From positions 1 to 64,000 of the forward strand of contig CM120646.1 in NCBI GenBank assembly GCA_051362555.1: a stretch of DNA of 64,000 nt, given 5' to 3'. Shown here one piece after another: positions 41,081-51,999 of the stretch. This DNA is from Lingula anatina (lineage: Eukaryota; Animalia; Brachiopoda). A program made the translations under genes and the position numbers. Numbering within the stretch: position 1 is the first letter of the stretch; every line of letters begins with the position of its first letter. The notes under the pieces are model-generated. The model had not been told where the DNA came from. It worked only from the letters and a program-made list of their open reading frames with translations, and ran no database searches.

Positions 41081-42423
41081 AGGCCATTGGGCTGTTCACA
41101 CTGGGGCATTGTGGACCATGACATTGGGCTGTTCACACTGGGGCATAGTGTACCATGACATTGGGCTGTTCACACTGTTGCATCGTGGACCATGACATTG
41201 GGCTGCTCACCCTGAGACAGCATGGTCCGTGACATTGGGCTGTTCACACTGGGACATCGTGGACCATGACATTGGGCTGTTCACACTGGGGCATTTTGGA
41301 CCATGACATTGGGCTGTTCACACTGAGACAGCATGGTTTGTGACATTGGGCTGTTCACACTGGGACATCATGTAGTGGGCCATTGGGCTGTTCACACTGA
41401 GACAGCATGGTCCGTGACATTGGGCTGTTCACACTGAGACAGCATGGTCCGTGACATAAGGCTGTTCACACTGGGACATCGTGGACCATGACATTGGGCT
41501 GTTCACACTGAGACAGCATGGTCCGTGACATTGGGCTGTTCACACTGGGACATCATGGACCATGACATTGGGCTGTTCATACTGGGACTGCATGGTCCGT
41601 TTCACTAAATCTGATATATTCGATATATCTGATGTTATGGTTCTCATATGGAATTGATTTGTATGATAAACGGTTACTTATTTTTGAGTTAATAAAGCTA
41701 CTCTTATAAGAAAAGCAATGAATATATATAAACCTCGATAAAAATTCTGTGACTTCCATCTCTGTCTACAGATTTCAGTCCATTACTGCGATGGCAACTG
41801 TTGAGATCGAGGCCAAGTGTAAAAGTCAAGCTGCCATACGGCGCCTTCTCCCCAACGCCACCTACGGCACCAGTACCACATGCAAGGGTATTAACCAGGT
41901 AAACACATGTACACACGTGTGTGTACACAGAGTTCAAGTGACGTCTGTTTTGTTTCTGTATAAATTGTTTGATTTAAATTTCTCCAGATGGAAGGGTTTT
42001 AATCAGGATTCAGTATGAAAACGACCGTGTAGACACTAAACAACTGGTCAGGTCACTTTATCCTACATTCTAGAAGGCATGTGCCAATTAAAATCACTGT
42101 TCTTGTTACAGGATGCCTTCCGGGTAGCTTTAACTTTCTCGTCCAATATTGCCAAGATAAGATACGGTCTTCGCGGAAGAGACATCGCATTCAGCGACGA
42201 CGTGCTGTCACAGTCTGTGGAAGAGTGGAACTTTTCCTCCATCGGTCTTGGTTATCTTCCAGGGAATGCAACACCAGGGTTTATTGTGACGTCACCGGCT
42301 TACGTCACACCTGTACAACCGAAACCGGGACACCTTTCTGGCGTTCATTTCTGTAAGCTGCTGTCTCCACTGAGGGCGCTTGAATGGATATATGTGGACA
42401 GTTTGAAACCTTATCGGACCTAA
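31115..42423 (+). CDS. Secreted alpha/beta-hydrolase-fold protein (Abhydrolase_5-like, 487 aa), probable pseudoenzyme; exons 31115-31189, 37384-37471, 37721-37891, 38185-38362, 38678-38960, 39380-39490, 39754-39872, 41772-41898, 42112-42423
   Basis: Nine GT-AG exons with consistent phases total 1464 nt and stay open to TAA. Signal peptide MAPHWQALLLCYFVVCDIVDG. Motifs: IIIPGA (oxyanion region), FMAGHQMGG (nucleophile elbow), LTVSGDLDG, GVNNGQFASG and C-terminal HFCKLLSPLRALEWIYVDSL. Confidence 0.85.
31679..31990 (+). pseudogene. Truncated transposase N-terminus
   Basis: MGKRKVRVKK...GASARKILK...TGYRLWHSGQLLESVNKSCVCRVC. Protein-like character is lost after ~31990. Confidence 0.5.
33029..33977. 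mobile_element. Foldback element nested in the Kolobok-like element; ~350-bp near-perfect inverted arms with internal 18/21-bp repeats
   Basis: 33029-33378 is the reverse complement of ~33606-33977. The arms hold (CATCAAAACGCAACTAGT)n. Confidence 0.85.
34687..37340. mobile_element. Non-autonomous Academ-like DNA transposon (2.65 kb, long TIRs, 3-bp TSD CAA)
   Basis: CAA|TAGTCCGGTGGCTTA...TAAGCCACCGGACTA|CAA. Imperfect TIRs of several hundred bp. Internal degenerate repeats carry CAAGATGGC(C)GC motifs. Confidence 0.8.
39510..39542. repeat. (CA)n microsatellite
   Basis: Direct inspection. Confidence 0.95.
40128..41600. repeat. Intronic 37-bp minisatellite (~38 copies) interrupted by (AT)n at ~41036-41078
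   Basis: Unit gggctgttcacactgggacatcatggaccaggccatt with variant units. Confidence 0.97.
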
Positions 42424-43001
42424 TTTAAAGTTACGTACGTATCCTGTTGACCAAAAGCAGGCTTAATAACGACTATGTTCAATTGTGGTCGTTTTCTGAT
42501 AACGTAAAATAAATGTTTTGTGGGATGCAATGCTATTTCTGGTTCCTTGATGTTCTTTGCTACCTGGTATAAGTCAAGCAGAATATCATATACAATTTCC
42601 TCTGCTAGACAGCATGCATCATATCACGTGAGCCTCACGAGCTTGTGGCTGGTTATACGCGGGCTCGATATATCTAAGAAACCGCAAAATCTTGTTAATT
42701 TACCGCATGACTATTCCATCTTTTGTCATCCGGTATGCAACAAATGTTTGTCTGTTTTTAGCGTTCCATGAAAAATGAACAAAGATTACAATCATATCGC
42801 AGTAAATGTGGTGTAATTGTTAGTAAAGTGAAACCATGGTTTACGGAGACACGTCCATTTCTACCTAACCTACATAGCGAAATGAACCAGATAAGATACG
42901 AAAGGCAAATATATATGTTTAGGCAGCTGTAATTGTAACATAGGTATAGTTTTACATGCTGCACATAGTCATGCTCTTATCATATTGTATTACACAATGT
43001 T

Positions 43002-43685
43002 TTAATCACCCTTTTCATGAAAGGAATGACTAAATTTGTATAAATTGTAAGGAGTCCATAGATATATGCCGCGAACCTGGATAACCCCAACTCTCTTTAG
43101 GCCGCATTTTTCGTAAAAACTTTGAGCTTCAGTTTGAAATTGTGAGGTTGTCAAGATCAATTCCTTATAGTGGTTTTTCCTGCAGAATTCCAGTGCTGTG
43201 TCAACAAGTGCCTTCCCAAGTCCACATCGTCTATAACCCGGCTCTGTTGTTATTCTTCTCAACTCTGCCACACACTCACTTCTCTTATCCACAGCCACTG
43301 ATCCAATGATCTTCCCGGCATATTCCACCACCCAGAACCCTGTCTTCTCCCTGTTATAATACTTGTACAGATTACGTCTCCCTTCTTCATAGGATTTCTG
43401 CCGAGTCCGGCGTCCTATGCAAACTATACCGTAACTGGCTGCCGTCCAGACAGCGAGCGCCGCCAAGGTGGCTAGAAGTGGCGATTCCGTCGCAATCCAG
43501 TTCAGAGCCCAAGTGGCAAGAAACGCACTTATAATATAGTGCTGCCTCAGTACTCTCCTAAATGCTCCCCAAAACACTGAGTTAGTTAAATTTCTCATTA
43601 CCATCCTCCACACCAATCTACATTAATTTTCATCCGACGATAGCTTGCGTATGATTATATTTGTTCTGTCGACCGCAGCTTCCAT
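43002..43685 (-). pseudogene. NAT8/camello-like GNAT N-acetyltransferase, single exon, with in-frame TAA at codon 21 (43623-43625)
   Basis: MEAAVDRTNIIIRKLSSDEN*CRLVWRM..., a hydrophobic segment, GFWVVEYAGKIIGSVAV, ELRRITTEPGYRRCGLGKALV (acetyl-CoA motif A) and LTTSQFQTEAQSFYEKCG. The rest of the frame is intact. Confidence 0.8.
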
Positions 43686-44127
43686 GTTTACTGGGAAATC
43701 GCAGCGCCACACAGCGGAGTAGACATGGCACCTGGCCAACAACAGGTAGTCTAGAACGTGCTGGTTGGGAATCTTTTCATATTTTGAAATATTATTCGAA
43801 ATTATATTTGAATGGATATTTTCTGCTTCATCTCCCTGATCTACATGTATATAACCTTCTTTCAATTTTTGAGGGAAATAAAACATTGCTCGCATACATC
43901 ACTACGTCATTTGGCAGACATTTACTAACTGGAGGGATGTGGATAAATAGGTTAAATGAGTCGGAGGTTTAAACAAGGTGCAGTTTCAAACTTATTATTT
44001 TTGGCTAACCGAGTGATACATATATTTTTTTTCTCATTTTTTATGCGGACTTTCCTTGAATCGCATAAGAAACTGGCAGTAGTGATTTATATTAGTTACA
44101 TGGAATCGTGCGCCATATGTAACTTTG

Positions 44128-44435
44128 GTCATCATCATTAACGGTTGGGTCGGAGCCGAACTGCCGTGGCTCCCTCACAAAAGTTCTCTATTGGTCACGG
44201 TTTTGTGCCATTCTGTCTGCTTGAACCATGGACCCAAAGAGGTCCGTCGGATCGTCACTGTATCGCGTTTTAGGTCTACCGCGTCCTCGAGGTCCGTATA
44301 CTGTCCCCATAAGTAATAATTTTTCCATTTGTTAGCCTCTCAGAATGTGTCCCATGAAGGTAAGCTTTCTCTCTGTGAGAAAGTCAAGGAGTTCTGTTTT
44401 TGCATCCAAATCGTCTCAGCACTTCATCATCCGTA
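44128..44435 (-). mobile_element. 3' fragment of an RTE-clade LINE
   Basis: Minus strand reads DEVLRRFG...RKLTFMGHILR...GTVYGPRGRGRPKTRYSD, ending in a (TGA)n tail. Confidence 0.8.
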
Positions 44436-45246
44436 GTCCGTGTAACTCAGGTGATGCTAAGAACACGTCGATAGCACTATAATTCAAAACTTCTTCATCT
44501 CTTCGTGTCTGATTTTCTCATCACCCAACATTCCGAGCCATATTAAGCTATTGAAAAAACTAGAGAGTTGAGCAATCGCTTCTCTGTGTTTAAAGAAATG
44601 TTTTTTTTTTGTCTTTCCAGACCTTAGTTAGGGCGATTGTGGCACTCTTTACGATTGTAAGTCTTCGTTTTATTTCTGTAGTGTCATCGTAATTTTGATA
44701 CAACAGTAAAATGTCTACCATACTGTGCTTGTAGCTTCTACTGACGCCACGGGGTCACATGGCATGATATTTATGAGTTTCAGTGAATTGAGAAAAGCCA
44801 GAAATAAATTTTTCGCTTGAGGAGTTTCCTCACTGACCCTTCTTTGTCATTTAAAACGCTTTTCATCAGTTTAATAGTTAATCTTGACATTCTCTTCCTA
44901 TCTGGACATTAAGTGACGAACAGAAGAACGCAGGAGACGGTGAGTGATCGACTCTCGCTTGTCAAGTGCTACCGTTTTGATTCGTAAAAATGCTTTATTT
45001 GAAATTTGTAAGCAAAAATATTAATTCTGTTTTCACCAACTGATATTCAAATGCTTTACACTGCTATTCTCATTTTGCGGGAAAATAGTGACAGAGCTCA
45101 GTAACATCATCCAATATTTTTATATAGCAAGGCATTTATTTTCACACGTTCACCTATATCGCGTATTGTTTTTACTTGACCATATTAGGCGCCGCCTGAC
45201 CCTATTTAATGACTAAATTTTAGCAGGGACCACATCAAGCCCAGCA

Positions 45247-48200
45247 ATGGAAAGGATGCTGAAACTGGTACGTGGAATAATGTGAAAATGAATATTCTGC
45301 TAGCTAGCATTAAAGCAAATCATATCTAAAGTATCAAAAGATTACAATTTAAAATGACAATTGCTTGAATATTTATGCTTTTTGTTACTAATTTTGAAGT
45401 TAATATTGCCCTTGTAATTTCTATTGAGAAGGAAAAAAGAAATATGACCAGTGTATTTACTAGTAAAAGCTAGATTGCTGAATTTCCGATATACACTTTT
45501 ATTGTCAGACAGATATTTTCATCGCTTGAGGCAGAAGTTCTTGAGTTTGCAATATGTTGCCATTTAAAGATGCATACTCTACTTTCTTTAGTAAACATAG
45601 CGTTGAGCGAATCACTGGTCCAAGTTTATATATATATATATATTCTTTTTTTTCGCTCTAATGGCGGTCCACTGAGGAGAACGAATGACGGTTTGCTGAA
45701 AGACTACTTGTTTTATTTTAATAGCCAGGATTTTGACCCTCTATGGGCCATTACGCTTTTACTCCATTACGCGTTTGACTTTTAAATGCCAAACGTCAAA
45801 TTTACATTCCATATTTAAATACAATTAACAAACAACAGTCTGCAGCGCAGCGTCTTGTTGGGTGCTGGATAAGCGTCAATGCCTTTATCAAATTCCGTTC
45901 AACTTTACTTCCATGACAGCTATGAACAGTTAAGAACTTCTGGGTCTTAGAAAAGAGCTGAAACCGAAGGTTGTGGTCTCCTAGATTAGGTTTGATTACA
46001 TATTTGTCCTCGGCCATTGTTGACCACATTATTTGATCAATCCGGAAGCTAAAAGCACAGTTTATCCCAATTATTTTAATAAAACTGGAACATGGAAACC
46101 GCAGTAAGAGGAGGTGCCACGTAGTGAGTGGTTGCTAGAACATAGATCTAGAGGTGTGCAGTCTGAGGAAGACCGCAGACGCTGAGCAGTGTCCTGGTTT
46201 ACACCTGCAGTGTAGATATGAAGACACCTGAGTGTAAATGCAAAAGGCCATCTAAGGGTCAAGTCACGGTTGCGGTGGACCCCGCTCCACTCAGTGACCG
46301 GAGCATGGAACTCAGCCATCTGAGGAAATGTTAAGATGGTCAAACTTTTGTATGATTTCTTTTCCGCTTGACTGTTTCCAGCGTTTTAAAATGAACATAT
46401 AAGCAGCATATGAAATGGTTTTTGAACATGCTGAAAACATTAGATCTCCCTCCGGGCATGCGCATGCGAACGCACACCAGCATTTGCCTGCGTCCTCGAG
46501 ACGTTCACATGTAAGTCTAACGAGCCCACGCGGGTTTACACAACAATAAAGTGAGTGGCACAATAATATGGAAGTCGTTTCCTCTGGACACACATCCTCC
46601 AGTGTATATGTCTGCATTTAATGTACAAAAACTTTAACACGACGCCTTTTGTACGCTTGATTTTTTAATTATTATTTATTTTTATTTATTTTATTTTATT
46701 TTTAATTTTTTTATTTTTTTATTAATTTATTTTTTTTGTAGAAGACGAACTTTTGTGTCACTTCAAGTGGGTAGTTTTTTTTACTTTCTTCAGCATGTGT
46801 ATTATCTGTAGTTTGTGTTTAAATGCATTCTTTGGAACAAAGAGAAGAAATATAGGGTTTATAGGAATAATTTATGGCGTGAGGAATTGTACAATGTATT
46901 AGGCCATTTAGAAAATATGTATTAGGCTAAATAGAAAATATGGAATGTGCAAATGGCGATCGTCTTTCAAAACAAATTATTTAGTAGCTTAACACCCTGT
47001 TAAAGAGCATTCATCATTTCCTCAATTTGCAAAATTTTCACATTTAACTTTTGAATTTCCGATTTTGTAAGAAAAGAGACACCTGCATTGTAAACAGAAT
47101 GGAAATATTTCCTTTTATCAATAGAAACGCGCCAAAGCATGACTGTGTTTTAGCGCTATGGCTATGAATATAATTAGGGTTAACGGTACACCTGCCTACT
47201 GGATGACAATGAAGCGGACTTAAAGTCAGGACCTGGATAGAGCCGAATGACCCTTTAAACCCGTAGAATATATTAAATGTTTCATCAGAATTCTCCTAAC
47301 AAACACACGCTTCCATTGAAAAAATAGGGTTAGGGTTAGATATTTTTATTAGAGGCCCATTTGCTAAATGCGCTGCCTATCAAACTAAAAGCACTGAAGT
47401 CCAAAGTATTTTAGGGCTATTTCAGACAGAGATTAGACTGACCTGTACTTTAGTTCCCCAATTTATTAACTGATTTACAATTAAATTTGCTGCTTAAATA
47501 TCATATCACAGGTAAGAAGTGACGGCATTGTACCTGAAACTACAGACAATTAACTGAGATGAAAACACCGTTAATTGCATGGAACAGTTTAAAAGAGATT
47601 TCCATTTGGAGTATTTCAGATTTAAATTTCATTCCAGCTCTACACATTTCTTCTCATCTCCGTGTTTGGGAGCACAGAAGGACGGAAGTTATCCATAAAT
47701 GAAGTGAACTTGGACTGCCAGCTGCTACACGTGAAGAAAGGCCGGGGTATCAGTGACGGAAGGACAGGGGTTTGTTCTAACGCCGTATACTCGCCTACGG
47801 GAACGCTACACCCACAGTAAGTGTGAACATTAGATTTAAGGGGGTACATTGTCGTGGTCGACGTAGAGAAAATATCAATTCAATGTTATAAAAGGAATCG
47901 ATAGTCCAACCAAGAGTCCAATTTAAAGTAATTAGTTGTCTCTGTTTAAGCAATTAACAATTTTGGTGATACATAACTTGTGTGGCAACGTATATGGAAT
48001 TGCGGGAGCATTGAGAATGATGAGCGAAGGAGTTCACTTGATCTTGTGATGTATCTGTCTGCCTGCCTGCAGGTGTATCTGCAGTGCACGCTAACGCAGT
48101 GTCTTGAGACAGGGAATGTGGAATCTACTGGGAAAAACGGCAGCATTAAGAAATATATATTATCTTGACGCGTCTTATATTGTTCACTACAGCACGTTTT

Positions 48201-51184
48201 ACATTAGATTATAAAGAATGTGTACCAGAAATCAAGTCAGATATGATATCTGGAATAAAAGCACTATTCAAAAGGGTAAACGGCTGCGATGTGGTTATTT
48301 GTAGACAAAAACACATGGAATTGGAGATGTGATAGCCTTTTAGATCAAAAGTGGCTATCAACGCCGTAGACGGAGAGTCTGTGATGAAAATATACCCACA
48401 CTCCCTAGTAACGTCATTCTTAGTTCAATCACATAAACCCTAGAGATGGCACTTCTAAGCAAATAAGACAAATTCAACATGTTTGAGGCCTGATAAATTA
48501 TTTTAATAATATTTTATAAACGCTCCACCCTTCTTAGCAATGTGAGCGTTCAACTCTAAACAATACAGTAAATAATAACAATTTTAAATCTGTAAAAATA
48601 TATTCTTTGTGAGTTTGTCTTTTTTAAATATCCAGGTAAAATTGCATCCCTGGTAGCCTTATAAAAACTTCCCATGTGCAAGCCATTTAATCTTTGTTAT
48701 CTACTTCCCACACATTTCAGACAACAGGGCAGAATTCGAGCAGCGGGCCTATCTGAAAGTGGTGCTCCAAAACTGAGCGGTCCTCCCAGGGGCGACCAGA
48801 CCCCGGTACTCCCCAGACAGACGACGGGAAGAAGGAAGAAGCGTTCCATAGGTGCCGCCGCCCCGCTGCCATTTCAGTATGGCGTAGGGTAAGTAAAGTG
48901 TCCCCATCTGACGAGTTTAACAAGTGGTCGCAAGGAGATTTTATTTGAACAGTTGTCTCACACCGCAGAATAATATTGTTCATTATGTAATTCATATGAT
49001 CTGAGAAAACTTGATAATGTTCCGAGATAAGGCACAGAAACGCAAGTTATGCGTGTCGGCCTTACGAGTTTTTCTGAGAAAACCCTGCATGCGCTCATCA
49101 CACCGAAGTTTATTAATGATCTCTTTGCTGTGGTCTGCAGGCAGACAGAATGTGAAGAGTGGGAGTATTGGATGCAGCCATACTGGGTCTACTATGAAGA
49201 TCCGTCCACAAAGCAAGGCGACTGGCTGCCCGTGTACCAGGACACCGCTAACAACAGGGAACAATGGGTCAAGTTTGCTATATGCTAGTACGTTCATCAG
49301 GATTTGAGTTTGATTATAATCAGTCTTTTTTTATCATTAGCTTTGTTTAGCTTCTTCTCATTGATTTTTTTCAAGTGATTTTTAATAAAACGTATACCAT
49401 ATTTTATTTCAGGTAGTTTTCATAACATTCATTTTTAATTTTATTTCATCATTTATATTCATTTTCACCCCATGTACATGCAGTTTTCTCGCCATTCTTT
49501 CTTTCCACCCTTACTTCCGTCAAGGTGGTTATCCATCTAGGGTGTGCAGAGTGTATTCACCTCTGTCTGCGGGTTACCTTGTCTTTTTATTTCTGTTCGT
49601 TTGACTGGTTTTCACCAGACTAACTCGAAAAGTCAAGGATGGATTTTGATGACATTTTAGGATACGTCAAAACGGGATTCACGTAAAAAAGATAACATTT
49701 TGGTGGTGGTCTGGATCACATCCACCCTATTTATGGTGGTAAAACGCGACATTGCAATAATTTGTTTGCGTATATCTTCTCTATCCATCCTGTCACGCAT
49801 GCGCCATTAGCTCCGTTTTTCTGGCTTCTTATGCATATTCAAAACAAATTTATCGTTTGCATGGGATAAACTACTAGCACAATCAGTGGCAGCACAACTA
49901 GCACAACCAGTAACAGCACAACTAGCACAATCACTGGCAGCACAACTAGCACAATTGATTTCACCCTGATTGACCTTCAGTGTGGTAATCGATTTGCCTC
50001 TGATGCATCAGTCACATAACTTGGCTCTTTATCTATTCAATAAATAGTTAGTAATACTGAAGGAGCTAATTTAAGCTTAAGATATTTTTTCAGATACACC
50101 TCAACATCATTCAAAGCATTTATCAATTTAGTGTTACTACAGTGTGTGATTTCTATTTTTTAATTAAAGGTTTCCACTGCTAGGATTTGTATACAACAAC
50201 ACATAGTCCACACAAAAAGGGTTTCTCCTGGACATCATTGCAATAGATGTTTTTCAACATTCATTTCACTGAGATTCCCAAAAAATATTACTTAAAGTCC
50301 GACAAAAATCCCGCATGGGAGACATAAAAATCCAAAATGACCGCCAATTACCATAGAAATTTACACTCTCGATCCTACAAAGCCACTTTCGACGTGAATT
50401 ATACTACATTATTGTCTCCACAGAGTTTAATGTCATGGATACTGATGGCGATGGTCTTATATCCAAGGAGGAACATGCTGCCTTTTTCTACAGCCATTAC
50501 ATTCCAACTAAATATTCGAAGTCCGTCTTTGATGTGATGGCACTACTTCGGCCCAATAACGCACTGAAGATTTGTCTGTATACAGTTATTATTAACATCA
50601 TCGAGTTTCTAAATACCACACGTAATCCCACTTTAATAATGTCATGTTAAATAAGTTTTTTTTGGTCTTACATATGCGATAAAGGGTATATAAAGGGTAT
50701 GCGATTATGTCATATACATCTAACACGTACTGCTACTAATTTTGGCGTGCAGTCGCTACCTCAATCAATGTACTAAATCTACGCCCAGTGTTTAAAATAG
50801 GGCTCTCATCAGACCTGTTGATACCATATTGAACTATTATTACAAGTTGTTATTGATTCAAGTTCACATATATTTATTTTCAGCCCTTTCGAACAATACT
50901 GCCGCCACCAAGCCGGGATCTGTTCATTTTGCGCCGCCGAGTGGGGGTACAGGCCTATCTTGGTCATCCAAGGTAACTCTGCTGCCACCTATACTCTTGC
51001 TTGGAAGTGGATCCGGTTTCCAGTGGGTTGCTGCTGTAGTTTAAACACACAGTCATGGAGCTGTCCCGACCCCTGGTATCCGGTCCCCTCTGACAGCCAC
51101 CCTGTAGTACCAGGAGAGGGGCCAGCGTTCCAGTTTCAGAACTTTGTTAATACTTTCCTTGGCAATGGAAACGGCAAGAAATAA
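45247..51184 (+). CDS. Spaetzle/neurotrophin-like cystine-knot cytokine precursor (~271 aa); exons 45247-45267 (less certain), 47638-47816, 48721-48888, 49141-49287, 50884-51184
   Basis: Signal peptide MERMLKL|LYTFLLISVFGSTEG, prodomain, furin site RRKKR|S, then TEC...EQWVKFAIC...C..GICSFC..WGYRPILV...WKWIRFPVGCCC. All junctions are GT-AG and in phase (816 nt). Confidence 0.78.
49510..49725 (+). mobile_element. Degenerate HINE-family copy
   Basis: ttacttccgtcaaggtggtt...taactcgaaaagt...ggattttgatga...tttggtggtggtctggatc resembles 24688-24927. Confidence 0.5.
49873..49954. repeat. 24-bp tandem repeat, ~3.5 copies
   Basis: Unit actagcacaatcagtggcagcaca. Confidence 0.8.
50378..50540 (+). pseudogene. 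163-bp inverted copy of part of exon 2 of the EF-hand gene (52119-52281)
   Basis: Matches the reverse complement of 52119-52281 with no mismatch seen. Encodes MDTDGDGLISKEEHAAFFYSHYIPTKYSKSVFDVM. Lies in the last intron of the spaetzle-like gene. Confidence 0.92.
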
Positions 51185-51999
51185 AGCAAAAACAATGTTA
51201 ACCTACATTAAACTATATTCAATTAAGTGACATAATACTATTAATTATCAGAAGGACACATATCATGAATATCAATATTTTCATCGATTTTCAGTTGACA
51301 GTTAAAGGTGTTCTGTGCCAGCAAATATGATTTTTCCGCTGAAAAACATTTTCTTTTCAACTGATGTATCATAGTTCGACCCGTCCCTGCATTTGATGTC
51401 GTTGTTTTATTCAATTGATTGATTTAATTCTGAATGACAGGCTAGAACTTTAGAATGCCATGGCATCCTGAACATGGCAGATGGAGCAATGGACGTCAGG
51501 CCCTTTTATGACCTGTACCTTTACCGGTTACATATATGTGCACATAGTAATTATGAGGTTTTCAAACGCGCGCCTCTATTACTTATTAATTTTATACTTC
51601 AATTAACGGTGTGTGGGTACTCATGACACACCAGTAGCCAGTGGTTCTATACCTCTGTTAACCGCCAATATTCTTGCTTCTGCTGTGAGTTCGGCACGAT
51701 AACATGTATTTATACGAGAACACCTTCCGCATGTGGAATGAACACATACATGTATGAAATGTAGGGTTATAAACGTGAACAATGCTCGTTCTCTACGGTA
51801 AATCAATACAGTAGTTTATTATATACTTTATAATGTTATATAATCATAATTCAAACATGCATATATTGGGCGCTTAAATACCTACGTGATCTATGTTATC
51901 TTCTCTCTTTAACTTAAACTCAAAACGGCTGCAATGTATGCACTCAGGATACACATGAAATGAACTGACATTTGAAATGTACGTTGTCCGTTTCATTAG

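Noticed and set aside
40108-41158. His/Trp/Gly-rich repeat ORFs in three frames
   Set aside because: Translations of the 37-bp intronic minisatellite.
47325-47340. Short telomere-like runs (agggttagggttag here; cctaaccctaac at ~37488)
   Set aside because: Only about two units each, compatible with chance.
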